This document shows positions 25,377 to 38,625 of a stretch of DNA of 64,000 nucleotides, piece by piece. The DNA is from Mobula hypostoma (lineage: Eukaryota): positions 10,478,001-10,542,000 of the forward strand of contig NC_086108.1 in NCBI RefSeq assembly GCF_963921235.1, in the 5' to 3' direction. Position numbers and translations under genes: made by a program. How positions within the stretch are numbered: position 1 is the first letter of the stretch; each line of letters begins with the position of its first letter. The notes under the pieces were generated by a model, which was given only the letters and a program-made list of their open reading frames with translations, had not been told where the DNA came from and did not search any database.

Positions 25377-27468
25377 ATAGAACATAGAACATAGAATAGT
25401 ACAGCACAGTACAGGCCCTTCGGCCCACAATGTTGTGCCGGCCCTCAAACCCTGCCTCCCATATAAGCCCCCACCTTAGATTCCTCCATATACCTGTCTA
25501 GTAGTCTCTTAAACTTCACTAGTGTATCTGCCTCCACCACTGACTCAGGCAGTGCATTCCACGCACCAACCACTCTCTGAGTAAAAAACCTTCCTCTAAT
25601 ATCCCCTTTGAACTTTCCACCCCTTACCTTAAAGCCATGTCCTCTTGTGTTGAGCAGTGGTGCCCTGGGGAAGAGGCGCTGGCTATCCACTCTATCTATT
25701 CCTCTTAATATCTTGTACACCTCTATCATGTCTCCTCATCCTCCTTCTCTCCAAAGAGTAAAGCCATAGCTCCCTTAATCTCTAATCATAATCCATACTT
25801 TCTAAACCAGGCAGCATCCTGGTAAATCTCCTCTGTACCCTTTCCAATGCTTCCACATCCTTCCTATAGTGAGGTGACCAGAACTGGACACAGTACTCCA
25901 AGTGTGGCCTAACCAGAGTTTTATAGAGCTGCATCATTACATTGCGACTCTTAAACTCTATCCCTCGACTTATGAAAGCTAACACCCCATAAGCTTTCTT
26001 AACTACCCTATCCACCTGTGAGGCAACTTTCAGGGGTCTGTGGACATGTACCCCGAGATCCCTCTGCTCCTCCACACTACTAAGTATCCTGCCATTTACT
26101 TTGTACTCTGTCTTGGAGTATATCCTTCCAAAGTGTACCACCTCACACTTCTCCGGGTTGAACTCCATCTGCCACTTCTCAGCCCACTTCTGCATCCTAT
26201 CAATGTCTCTCTGTAATCTTTGACAATCCTCTACACTATCTACAACACCACCAACCTTTGTGTCGTCTGCAAACTTGCCAACCCACCCTTCTACCCCCAC
26301 ATCCAGGTCGTTAATAAAAATCACGAAAAGTAGAGGTCCCAGAACAGATCCTTGTGGGACACCACTAGTCACAACCCTCCAATCTGAACGTACTCCCTCC
26401 ACCACCACCCTCTGCCTTCTGCAGGCAAGCCAATTCTGAATCCACCTGGCCAAACTTCCCTGGATCCCATGCCTTCTAACTTTCTGAATAAGCCTACCGT
26501 GTGGAACCTTGTCAAATGCCTTACGAAAATCCATATAGATCACATCCACTGCACTACCCTCATCTATATGCCTGGTCACCTCCTCAAAGAACTCTGTCAG
26601 GCTTGTTAGACACGATCTGCCCTTCACAAAGCCGTGCTGATTGTCCCTGATCAGATCATGATTCTCTAAACGCCTATAGATCCTATCTCTAAGAAACTTT
26701 TCCAACAGCTTTCCCACCACAGACGTAAGGCTCACTGGTCTATAATTACCCAGACTATCCCTACTACCTTTTTTGAACAAGGGAACAACATTCGCCTCCC
26801 TCCAATCCTCCGGTACCATTCCCGTGGACAACGAGGACATAAAGATCCTAGCCAGAGGCTCAGCAATCTCTTCCCTCGCCTCGTGGAGCAGCCGGGGGAA
26901 TATTCCGTCAGGCCCCAGGGACTTATCTGTCCTAATGTATTTTAACAACTCCAACACCTCCTCTCCCTTAATATCAGCATGCTCCAGAACATCAACCTCA
27001 CTCATATTGTCCTCACCATCATGAAGTTCCCTCTCATTGGTGAATACCGGAGAGAAGTATTCATTGAGGACCTCGCTCACTTCCACAGCCTCCAGGCACA
27101 TCTTCCCACCTTTATCTCTGATTGGTCCTACCTTCACTCCTGTCACCCTTTTTTTCTTCACATAATTGAAGAATGCCTTGGGGTTTTCCTTTACCCTACT
27201 CGCTAAGACCTTCTCATGCCCCCTTCTTGCTCTTCTCAGCCCCTTCTTAAGCTCCTTTCTTGCTTCCCTATATTCCTCAATAGACCCATCTGATCCTTGC
27301 TTCCTAAACCTCATGTATGCTGCCTTCTTCCTCCTGACTAGATTTTCCACCTCACTTGTCACCCATGGTTCCTTCACCCTACCATTCTTTATCTTCCTCA
27401 CCGGGACAAATTTATCCCTAACATCCCACAAGAGATCTCTAAACATCGACCACATGTCCATAGTACAT
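25377..27468 (-). mobile_element. Young 5'-truncated CR1 LINE (559-aa ORF2 RT fragment)
   Basis: ORF 25782-27461 with complete RT motifs, premature stop and frameshift near the C-terminus; (TTCTATG)n tail; TSD AGTCTC at 25371-76 and 27469-74; nested in an older CR1 (25278-28085). Confidence 0.95.
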
Positions 27469-28274
27469 AGTCTCCTCCCTTCTCCCTGTATCCCTTCATG
27501 CCCTGACCAATCAAGAATCTATCAATGTCTGCCATAAATATACCCAGTGACTTGGCCTCCACAGCCATCTGCAGCGACAAATTCCACAGATTCACCACCC
27601 TCAGGTTAAAGAAATTACTCCTCATCTTCATTCTAAGTGGACGTCTCTCTATTCCGAGTCTATGTACTCTGGTCCTAGGTTCCCCCACCTGAGGAAACAT
27701 CTTCTCCATGTTCACTCTTTCGAGGTTTTGAAAATTTGATAAGTTTCAGTGAGGTCACCTCTCATTCTTCTGAATTCCAGTGAGTAGAGACCTAGAGCAA
27801 TTAAATGCTCCTCAGATGATAAGCCTTCCAATCCCAGAATCCATTCTCGTATGTCTCCCTTGAACCCTGCCTAAAGTCAACACATCCCTTATTAGATAAG
27901 GGCCCAAAACTGCTCACAATACTGCAAGTGAGGCCTCACCAGTGCCTTATAAACCCTCAACATTATAACCTTTAGGGAATCCTGCACAAGGACTCCCAAG
28001 TCTTTTAGCATCTCTGATTTTTGGATTTTCTCTCCATTTAGAAAATAGTCTACAATTTTATGTTTTCTACCAAAGTGCACGATCGGACACCAGGCAACAG
28101 AGGATGATAGAGTCACGTAGCAGGGAACGAGACCCTTCAGCCTGTCTCGTCCATGCTAACTGTGTTGTCCAGTGAACCGATCCCATCCTACATTTAGCCC
28201 ATAGCCAACTACACCGCTCTTATCCATGGACCCATCTAGATGGTTATTAAACATTGCTAATGTGGTTGCCTCGA

Positions 28275-28740
28275 CCATAGAAAATCTACAGCATATTACA
28301 GGCCCTTCGGCCCACAATGCTGTGCTGACCATGTAACCTACTCTAGAAGCTGCCTAGAATTTCCCTACCACATAGTCCTCTATTTTTCTAAGCTCCATGT
28401 ACCTATCTAAGAGTCTCTTAAAAGACCCTTTTGTATCTGCCTCTACCTCCTTCGCTGGCAGTGCATTCCACGCACCCTCCACTCTCTGTATGAAAAGCTT
28501 ATCCCTGACATCCCCCTCTGAACCTACTTCCAAGCACTTTAAAACCTTACCCCCTCATGTTAGCCATTTCAGCCCTGGGAAAAAGCCTCTGACTATCCAC
28601 ATGATCAATGCCCCTCATTGTCTTATACACCTCTGTCAGGTCACCTCTCATCCTCCATCGCTCCAAGGAGAAAAGGCCAAGTTCACTCAACCTATTCTCA
28701 TAAGGCATGCTCCCCAATCCAGGCAACATCCTCATAAATC
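28275..28740 (-). mobile_element. CR1 3' end (same subfamily as 6855-8806)
   Basis: RMLPGLGSMPYENRLSELGLFSLER. Confidence 0.9.
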
Positions 28741-29027
28741 TCAACCATTACTTCTGGCAGCTCATTCCAAATACACACACCCTCTGTGAGAAAAAGCTGC
28801 CTCTGATTTCTCGTTTAAATCTCTCAACTCTGACCTTACATCTTCTCTCCCTCCAAAGACTATGCTTTTTATATATTGATTTATTTTGTTGAGATACAGC
28901 ACTGAGTAGAACCTTTCCAGTCCTGCAAGCCATGTCACCCAGCAATCACCCAATTTAACCCTAATCTAATCACAGGACGATTTACAATGACCAATTAACC
29001 TACCAACTGGTACCTCTTTAGACCGTG

Positions 29028-29580
29028 TTAGTCAGGCAGCATCTACGTAGAGGAATACACAGTCGACGTTTTGGTCCTTGACCCTTCATCAGGACTGGAA
29101 AGGAAGGGGGCAGAAGCCAGAATAAGAAAGTGGGGGGAGGGGTGGAAGGTGATAGGTGAGTCCAGATGAGGGGGTAAGGTGGCTGGCTGGATGTGGGAGA
29201 TGGAGATGAAGTATGAAGCTAGGAGGTGACAGGTGGAAGAGGTAAAGGGCTGAAGAAGGAATCTGATAGGAGACGAGAGTGGTCCATGGGAGAAGGGGAA
29301 GCAGAAGGAGGTGATGGGCAGGCAAAGAGAAGAGAAGGGGTCAGAGGGAAGCCGGAGAAAAAGAAAGAAGGGGGAAGAGATTATCAGCAGAGGGAGAAAT
29401 CAATATTCATGCAATCTGGTTGGAGGCAACCTATGAGGTGTTACTCCTCTAACCTGAAAGTGGCTTTATCGTGGCAGTAGAGGAGGTCATGGACTGAGAT
29501 GTTGGAATGGAAATGGGATGTCGAATTATGATAGGTGGCCACCGGGGAATCCCACCTTTTCTCGGAAGGAGCATAGGCTC
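29028..29580 (-). mobile_element. Penelope 3' fragment with decayed hammerhead (29060-29097)
   Basis: DSPVATYHNSTSH..LYCHDKATFRLEE (post-GIY-YIG tail) plus terminal motif. Confidence 0.8.
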
Positions 29581-29814
29581 TGGATGAAGTGGCACTCCAG
29601 TCTGGGACCCCATTAGAACTGTTTCGTTCCAGCCATATTGTCATTTTGTCTCTTCCCCAATGCTGTACCTTCTGGCAATCAAATCCAGGTTGGTTATAGG
29701 AAGGAAAGTATATCCCATGGAATGTCACCTCCTTTCAGAGGATCCCTCACCTACGGTCTCCACTTTCTTCCTCTGAGCCCAGACTGAAGCATCATTGAAT
29801 GCGTTAGACCATAA

Positions 29815-30110
29815 GTCCACAGACAATAAGATGTAGGAGTGGAATTTGGCCATTTGGCCCATCGAGTCTGCACTCATGGCTGATCCATTTTCCCTCTCAA
29901 CCCCAGTCTCCCCGTATCCCCTCATGCCCTGACTAATCAAGAATCTATTAACCTCTGCCTTAAATATACCCAATGACAAGGGCCTCTTGTGGCAACGAAG
30001 TCCATAGATTCACCATGCTCTGGCAAAAGAGATCCCTCCTCATCTCCATTCTAAAAGGAAGCCCCTTTAATCTGAGGCTGTGTCCTCTGGTCCTCTGCAC
30101 ATCCACTCTA
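29815..30110 (-). mobile_element. CR1 3' end
   Basis: LGIFKAEVNRFLISQG. Confidence 0.8.
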
Positions 30111-30679
30111 CCAACGTTAGCTGGGAGAGTATCCCACCCTTCAGGTGTGAGGAGGCTGTGCGGCTCAACACTGCTGAGATTTGAAATTTACGGGTCCCAG
30201 CAGTATCTCTCAATCTTTCATTCCAGCACATCCACTAACTCAATTTGACAACCTCTGATTTCCTGTGAACATGTTATTTAGAGCTGTCACACAGCGCATG
30301 CTATTCATACTTCACTGACCAGCACGCTATGGAGATGGTGCTTACATGAGCTTACTGCACAAATACCTGTAAGGCTTCCCCTAGTGAGGCTCACCAACGT
30401 CTGAATGGTGGGGTCAGGGTCTGTTTGAAGTGTGATGCTTCACATCCATGTAGCCAAAAACCCATCTGGGCTCAGAACAATCATAGTCTTAGTGTGGTGA
30501 AAGTAATGACTCTGGTCTTGGATTGAAAGTCTACAGGCTTTAAGTTAAAATCCCATCATAGCAGTATATAACTCCATAAATCTGAAAACACTGCGGAAAG
30601 AGTAAGCATCACCAAATTTTTACAGAAACCTAGAGGTGGATGGGTTTTTGAGAAAGATGATGTTACTGTAGAGAGCATT

Positions 30680-31190
30680 TTAACTAGCTCTGTCACCCTC
30701 CGGTATGGGTTGGGTGGTGGCTGGCGTCTGCAGAGCCACCGCGGAGGACTGAAGTAAGCTGCCGAAAGTTGTGAACTCAGTCAGCTCCATCATGGGCACT
30801 AGTCTCCCCAGCATCCAGGACACCTTCAAAGAGCGAAAGCACAAAAAGACAGCATCCATCATTAGAAACCCCCATCACCCAGGACATGTCCTCTTCTCAT
30901 TGCTACCATCAGGGAGGAGGTACAGGAGCCTGAAGACACACACTCAATGATTCAGGAACAGCTTCTTCCCCTCTGCCATCCGATTTCTGAATGGACATTG
31001 AAACCATGAACACCAACTCACTACCTCTTTTTAATTTCTATTTGTGTACTATATTTAATTAACTTTAATATATATATATACACATACACACGATTCATAC
31101 TGTAATTTAGACATTATTATTTTGTATTGCAGTGTACTGATGACACAATCTGACTACATATGCCAGTGATATTAAACCTGATTCTGATAT
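30680..31190 (+). mobile_element. Rex1/Babar 3' fragment
   Basis: HHPGHVLFSLLPSGRRYRSL, NSFFPSAIRFLN, AAACCTGATTCTGA tail. Confidence 0.85.
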
Positions 31191-32532
31191 TCCAACAGCA
31201 GCCCATCAAGCTGTTGATTGTTCTGTCTCCTGGAACGTACTGAAGGTCACCCAGCTGTGGTCAATAATATGGCTGTGGTGATGTCCTGATAGCAGCGCCA
31301 GAGGAGTAGCAGCAATCTACCCTTCTCAAAGGATCTACACTCAGCCACATCCCACACCCACACCATCAGCTCTGTCCGGGATATATCCACGAGCACTTCC
31401 GACAACTGCATCATTGTCTCTTTCCAATATCTATCCTCGACCCCTTCCCACACCCACACAATTGCCTCTGTACAGGATCTTTCCTCGATGCCTTCCCACA
31501 CACTCACCAACACCTGTGTCCAGCATCTATCCTTGAGCCTTCCCTCACCCACGCAATCGCCTGTCCAGGATATATTGTCGAGCACTTCCGATTCCCGCAC
31601 AATTGCCTCTGTCCAGGATCTATCCTTGATCCTTTTGCACGTCTATCCTTGATCCTTTTGCTCTGTCCAGGATCTATTGTGGGCCTCTTCCCACACCCAT
31701 ATCATAACCTCTGTACAAGATCCATCCTTGACTCCCACCTACACACACCATCACCTTTGTCCACCATCTATCTTCGAACCCCACCCACTCCTACACCATC
31801 ACCTCTGTCCATGATTTATCCTTGAACCCCACCCACACATACATCATCAGCTCTGTCTAGTATCAATCCTCATTCCCTTCCCACACCCACATTGATATGA
31901 TACTAATAGTGATACTCAATCCCCACCGAAACACACACCATCACCTCTGTCCAGAGTCTGTCCTTTTCACCTTCCAACACCGCACCATCCCCACTGTCTA
32001 GGATCGATCCTCGACCTTTCCCCACACCCACACCATCGTGTCTGTACAGGATCTTTCTGGACCCCAAACTACAGACACACCTTCACCTCTGTTCGAGAGT
32101 AGATCTTGTGCAGAGGTGATGTTGTGGGTGAGGGAGTCCTTGATCCCTTCTCACACGCACACCATCATTCTCCAGCGAGGATACATCCTCGATCCCCACA
32201 CAAACACACACCTTCACTTCTTTCCAGGATATTTCCTCGATCCCCACACAAACATGAACCATTGCCTCTGTCCAGAATCTATCCTTGATGTCTTCCAACA
32301 CCCACAACATCCCTAATTCCAGGATCTACTCCTGAACCCCACCAACACCCACACCATCGCCACCGTCCAGGATCTATCGTGAACCCCCTTCCCACACCCA
32401 CACCATAATCTCTGGCAATGATCTATCTTCAACCCCTTTCGACACCCACAAGATCTATTCTTGATCCCTTCCCACAACCACACAATTGCCTCTGTCCAGG
32501 ATATATCCCCGAGCAATTCTGACACCTGCATT

Positions 32533-33265
32533 AGGGTTCAATAGGTACATTTAATGTCAGAGAAATGTATATAATACACATCCTGAGATTCTCCTTCTTC
32601 ACAGACATCCACAAAAACAGAGGGATGCCCCAAAGAGTGAATTACAGTTAGAACATTAGAATCCCAAAACATCCCTCCAGCTCCCCCCTCCCGCACATAA
32701 GCAGCAGCAAGTCAACAACCCCCCAACCAGCAAAAAAGCATCAGCACCCTCCACCGAGCACTCAAATGAAGCATCAATAAAGATACAGACTTGCAGCACC
32801 CAAAAACTACTCGTTTACTCTTTAATTTGACATACTACTGGCTCTCTCTCTCCCTAATAGGGGAAAAAGAGGTGTCCCGTTTCACAGCGAGAGGGGAGAC
32901 GTAACAAACAACTTGCTGGTTTATGATGGCAGCTAACCTGCTGCTCCCGATGTTCCGTGTTCTCCCACTTCGGCCAGGGACACTGATCAAGAATCGGCAC
33001 ATCCACAGAGCCACAAAATCCCAGAACCTTGAAGGCGCGCTTGTCTTCCAGGCCGCGTCCTTGGGATATCAAGAGCGGCCGGTCGTGAGGCCCTGAGAGC
33101 GGGTCCCATTCCTGCAAAGGACTGAAGTCAGAGTGTAACTCCAGGTCAGGGTCTTCAAAAGAACCCTCACACCCTGAAAAGGACAAAAAAAAAAGATATG
33201 TGAGATAGAAATAAAGCTGTTTCTGAAGATGCAAGTAAAGAAGTTGCCGTTTAGCGCCATCTTAA
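32533..33265 (-). mobile_element. ~730-bp non-coding retroposon with AAGATGGCG 5' end and Rex1-like 3' tail
   Basis: CGCCATCTT at 33255-63; minus-strand 3' end GAATCTCAGGATGTGTATTATATACAT..ATTAAATGTAC..TTGAAC. Confidence 0.65.
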
Positions 33266-34027
33266 CTTTGCCCCTCCCCAGCCTCTTTCTAGGATCTATG
33301 TCAACCCCTTCCCACAAACACACCACAGTCCAGGATCTATCCTCAAGCTCCCCTCACAAAGACACCATCAGTTCATTCCAAGATCTATCCTAATCCCCTT
33401 GCCACCCCACGCCATCACCTTTGTCTATGATCTATCCTTGACCCCCCACCCAGACCACACCATTGCCACTGTCCAGGATGTTTTTTTAGACTCCTTCCCA
33501 CACTCACACCATCAGCTCTGTCCAGGATCTATCTTCAATCTCTTCCCACACTCACACCATCAGCTCTGTCCAGGATCTATCTTCAATCTCTTCCCACACT
33601 CACACCATCAGCTCTGTCCAGGATCTATCTTCAACCTCTTCCCACACTCACACCGTCAGCTCTGTCCAGGATCTATCTTCAATCTCTTCCCACACTCACA
33701 CCATCAGCTCTGTCCAGGATCTATCTTCAATCTCTTCCCACACTCACACCATCAGCTCTGTCCAGGATCTATCTTCAACCTCTTCCCACACTCACACCAT
33801 CAGCTCTGTCCAGGATCTACCTGCAATCTCTTCCCACACTCATACCGTCAGCTCTGTCCAGGATCTATCTTCAACCTCTTCCCACACTCACACCATCAGC
33901 TCTGTCCAGGATCTATCTTCAGTCTCTTCCCACACTCACACCATCAGCTCTGTCCAGGATCTATCTTCAATCTCTTCCCACACTCACACCATCACTACTG
34001 TCCAGGATCTATCCTTGATCCGTATCC

Positions 34028-35279
34028 TGTCATACGGCAGTGGCTGGGAACGGACCCAAGTGCAAGACACAGACACTGAAGTACCAGGGACAGGACTAGG
34101 ATACAGGGTGAGGGCAAGGACATGGACACGAAAACCAGGAACCCGGAACAGGACCGGACAAGAGAGCTAGGAGCCTGGGCTTGGACTCCGAACCAGAGAC
34201 TGGACAAGGACCCAGTACCTGGGTCTTGCTTCTGGCTCAGACCCCAGAACTAGGCAAGGACGAGACTCGGCTGGAAGGCAGGACGAGGCTGGAGCCTTCA
34301 GGCTTGAGGCTAGAGACTAGAGGCGAGGCTTGGCAGGAGGCTGGAGGCTGGAGTCTTCAGACTTGAGGCTAGAGACTAGAGGTGAGGCTTGGCAGGAGGC
34401 TGGAGGCTTCAGACTTGAGGCTAGAGACTTGAGGCGAGGCTTGGCAGGAGGCTAGAGGCTAGAGTCTTCAGGCTTGAGGCTAGAGGCTAGAGACTTGAGG
34501 TGAGGCTTGGCAGGAGGCTGGAGACTTCTCCTGGGCAGGGCGCGAATCACCACCTGATGGAGGCAAGGGACAAGAAGGGACAGAACCAACCGCAGGTAAC
34601 GGCAAGACTGCCTGGCTTACCCAATGGAGGCAAGGGAGAGGAAGGGACAGAACCAACCGTAGGTAACGGCAAGATGACCTGACTTACCCGGCGGAGGCAA
34701 GGGACAGGAATGGAGCTAGGTACGGGGTGGCTCCAGGACAAGACTGAAGGCGAGACGAGGCAAGAGTTACCAGCAAGACCAGCAAGGCTTCAGGCAATGC
34801 AAGGCGAAACAAGAACTTCAGGCAAGCTGAGAGTTACCGGCAAGACAAGGCAAGACTTCAGGCGAGGAAACAGAAGGCAGGGGAAGGGATACAAGGAGTA
34901 AGGACAAGAACAATCCAGCAGCCATGCCTAGGTCTCTGAAGGTATTTATACAGCCAGCCCCAACGAGCATCAGCTGACTCAATTAGAGCTCAACAAGAAT
35001 AAACTCAGGGTAGACAGGAAAACCTGGAGCAAGGGTCGATGGACTGGACGGTGAACCGGAATACGGACTTCACGGATTGGACCATGACAGTAACCCCCCC
35101 CCCCCCCCCGCCCCAATGGGAGCCTCCTGACAACCAAACAGGGTATCCAGACTATGGATGACCCGGGCGAGTGAGAGGGTATTTAACAGAAAGGAACCCC
35201 GGGTGGCAAGAGGAAAACGACAGTGTCTGTGTCGCTGGGTCCACGGTTGGCTGGATTGTTCTGTCATAGGATGGTGGCT
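34028..35279 (-). mobile_element. Gypsy-like LTR (34028-35089) plus short internal stub and remnant of a second LTR
   Basis: TGTCAT...ATGACA termini, minus-strand TATAAATA near 34945, G-rich PPT at 35090-35115, internal tandem repeats 34295-34525, TGTCATA..GTGGCT repeated at 35262. Confidence 0.8.
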
Positions 35280-35747
35280 TTTCCACACCCACACCATAAC
35301 CCCTGTCCAGGATCTGTTGTGGACTGCTTCCCACCCCCACTCCATTGCCACTGTATAGGATCTATCCTTGATCCCTTTCCACACCCACACCATCACCCCT
35401 GTCCAGATTCTATCCTCCACCCTCGCCCACACCATTGCCTCAGTCCAGGATCTATCCTTGACCCCTTCCCTCATCCTCACCATCATTTCTGTCCACAACT
35501 TCCTTCAACACCTTCCGACACCCACAATGTCACCTCTGTACAGGATCTATTCTTGATCCCTACCTACAACCACAGCATTGCCTTGTCCAAAATCTACCTT
35601 TGACCCCTTTCCCACACCCAAACTATCTACTCTGTCACAATCTACCCTGGGCACTTCCCCACACCCATAAGATCACCTCTGTCCAGGATCTATCCTGACC
35701 CCCTTCTCACAACCACACCACCACCTTTATTCAGGATCGATCTAATC

Positions 35748-35906
35748 TTTCCAGTCCTGATGAAGGGTCTCGTCCTGAAACATCAACTGTTTACTCTTTT
35801 ACATAATTGCTGCCTGGACTGCCGAGTTCCCCCAGCGTTCTGTGTGTGTTGTTTACCAGGATGCTTCCTGGTTTAGAGGACATGTGCTGTAATGAAAGGC
35901 TGGATA
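35748..35906 (+). mobile_element. Penelope terminal fragment (hammerhead-like) fused to a CR1 fragment
   Basis: CAGTC CTGATGA AGG..CCT GAAAC ATC AACTG, then TTTACCAGGATGCT (FTRML); same junction at ~42008. Confidence 0.7.
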
Positions 35907-38625
35907 ATTTTTAATAGGGGAAGGGCAAATTATGAGGCTATAAGGCTCGAACTTGCGGGTGTGAATTGGGATGATGTTTTTGCAGGGAAATGTACTATGG
36001 ACATGTGGTCAATGTTTCGGGATCTCTTGCAGGATGTTAGGGATAAATTTGTCCCGGTGAGGAAGATAAAGAATGGTAGGGTGGAGGAACCATGGGTGAC
36101 AAGTAAGGTGGAAAATCTAGTCAGGTGGAAGAAGGCAGCATACATGAGGTTTAGGAAGCAAAGATCAGATGGGTCTATTGAGGAATATAGGGAAGCAAGA
36201 AAGGAGCTAAACAAGGGGCTGATGAGAGCAAGAAGGGGGCATGAGAAGGCCTTGGCGAGTAGGGTAAAGGAAAACCCCAAGACTTTCTTCAATTATGTGA
36301 AGAACAAAAGGATGACAGGAGTGAAGGTAGGACTGATTAGAGATAAAGGTGGGAAGATGTGCCTGGAGGCTGTGGAAGTGAGCGAGGTCCTCAGTGAATA
36401 TTTCTCTCCGGTATTCACCAATGAGAGGGAACTTGATGATGGTGAGGACAATATGAGTGAGGTTGATGTTCTGGAGCATGTTGATATTAAGGGAGAGGAG
36501 GCGTTGGAGTTGTTAAAATACATTAGGACTGATAAGTCCCTGGGGCCTGACGGAATAGTCATAGTTATAGTCATACATTTTCTTGATCCCGAGGGAAATT
36601 GGGTTTCGTTACAGTTGCACCAACCAAGAATAGAGTATAAATATAGCAATATAAAACCATAAATAATTAAATAATGATATGTAAATTATGTCAGATGGAA
36701 ATAAGTCCAGGACCAGCCAATTGCTTCAGGGTGTCTGACCCTCCAAGGGAGGAGTTGTAAAGTTTGATGGCCAGAGGCAGGAATGACTTCCTATGACGCT
36801 CAGTGTTGCATCTGGGTGGAATGAGTCTCTGGCTGAATGTACTCCTGTGCCCAACCAGTACATTACGTAGTGAATGAGAGACATTGTCCAAGATGGCATG
36901 CAACTTAGACAGCATCCTCTTTTCAGACACCACCGTCAGAGAGTCCAGTTGCATCCCCACAACATCACTGGCCTTACGAATGAGTTTGTTGATTCTGTTG
37001 GTGTCTGCTACCCTCAGCCTGCTGCCCCAGCACACAACAGCAAACATGATAGCACTGGCCACCACAGACTTGTATAGAGATGGCTCTGACCCTTCTTGTA
37101 GACAGCCTCAGTGTACTTTGACCAGTCTAGGCTGCTCCACGAGGTGAGGGAAGAGATTGCTGAGCCTCTGGCTAGGATCTTTATGTCCTCGTTGTCCACA
37201 GGAATGGTACCGGAGGATTGGAGGGAGGCGAATGTTGTCCCCTTGTTCAAAAAAGGTAGTAGGGTTAGTCCGGGTAATTATAGACCAGTGAGCCTTACGT
37301 CTGTGGTGGGAAAGCTTCTTAGAGATAGGATCTATGGGCATTTTGAAAATTATGGTCTGATCAGGGACAGTCAGCATGGCTTTGTGAAGGGCAGATCGTG
37401 TCTAACAAGCCTGATAGAGTTCTTTGAGGAGGTGACCAGGCATACAGACGAAGATAGTGCAGTGGATGTGATCTACATGGATTTTCGTAAGGCATTTGAC
37501 AAGGTTCCACATGGTAGGCTTATTCAGAGAGTCAGAAGGCATGGGATCCAGGGAAGTTTGGCCAGGTGGATTCAGAATGGCTTGCCTGCAGAAGGCAGAG
37601 GGTCGTGATGGAGGGAGTACATTCGGATTGGAGGGTTGTGACTAGTGGTGTCCCACAAGGATTTGTTCTGGGACCTCTGCTTTTCGGGATTTTTATTAAC
37701 GACCTGGATGTGGGGGTAGAAGGGTGGTTTGGCAAGTTTGCAGAAGGCAAAAAGGTTGGTGGTGTTGTAGATAGTGTAGAGGACTGTCAAAGATTGCAGA
37801 GAGACATTGAAAGGATGCAGAAGTGGGCTGAGACGTGGCAGATGGAGTTCAACCTGGAGAAGTGTGAGGTGGTACACTTTGGAAGGACAAACTCCAAGGC
37901 AGAGTACAAAGTAAATGGTAGGATACTTGGTAGTGTGGAGGAGCAGAGGGATCTGGGGGTACACAGATCCCTGAAAGTTGCCTCACAGGTAGATAGGGTA
38001 GTTAAGAAAGCTTATGGGGTGTTAGCTTTCATAAGTTGAGGGATAGAGTTTAAGAGTTGCGAGGTAATGATGCAGCTCTATAAAACTCTGGTTAGGCCAC
38101 ATTTGGAGTACTGTGTCCAGTTCTGGTCACCTCACTGTAGGAAGGATGTGGAAGCATTGGAAAGGGTACAGAGGAGATTTACCAGGATGCTGCCTGGTTT
38201 AGAGAGTATGGATTATGATCAGAGATTAAGGGAGCTAGGGCTTTACTCTTTGGAGCGAAGGAGGATGAGAGGAGACATGATAGAGCTGTACAAGATATTA
38301 AGAGGAATAGATAGAGTGGATAGCCAGCGCCTCTTCCCCAGGGCACCACTGCTCAATACAAGAGGACATGGCTTTAAGGTAAGGGGTGGGAAGTTCAAGG
38401 GGGATATTAGAGGAAGGTTTTTTACTCAGAGAGTGGTTGGTGCGTGGAATGCACTGCCTGAGTCAGTGGTGGAGGCAGATACACTAGTGAAGTTTAAGAG
38501 ACTACTGGACAGGTATATGGAAGAATTTAAGGTGGGGGGTTATATGGGAGGCAGGGTTTGAGGGTCGGCACAATATTGTGGGCCGAAGGGCCTGTACTGT
38601 GCTGTACTATTCTATGTTCTATGTT
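35907..38625 (+). mobile_element. Young 5'-truncated CR1 LINE, ORF2 pseudogene, interrupted by Rex1
   Basis: ORFs 35892-38561 nearly identical to the 25377-27468 copy; TTCTATG tail. Confidence 0.95.
36558..37128 (-). mobile_element. Rex1/Babar 3' fragment inserted in CR1
   Basis: VASAIMFAVVCWG..RINKLIRKAS..CNTERHRKSFLP; (TATGAC)n tail; target lost TTCCCC relative to the sister CR1. Confidence 0.9.

Larger units (their letters stand above)
31320..35745. repeat. ~48-bp minisatellite, interrupted; homogeneous core at 33490-34015
   Basis: Unit CTCTTCCCACACTCACACCATCAGCTCTGTCCAGGATCTATCTTCAAT, ~11 near-identical copies in the core, diverged copies on both sides. Confidence 0.95.

Noticed and set aside
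25782..27461. 559-aa RT ORF as a functional or domesticated gene
   Set aside because: 5'-truncated CR1 lacking the endonuclease, with premature stop and frameshift, TSD and tail
33399..34079. 226-aa repeat ORF or CRISPR-like array
   Set aside because: Head-to-tail 48-bp satellite with no unique spacers and no cas genes; eukaryotic context
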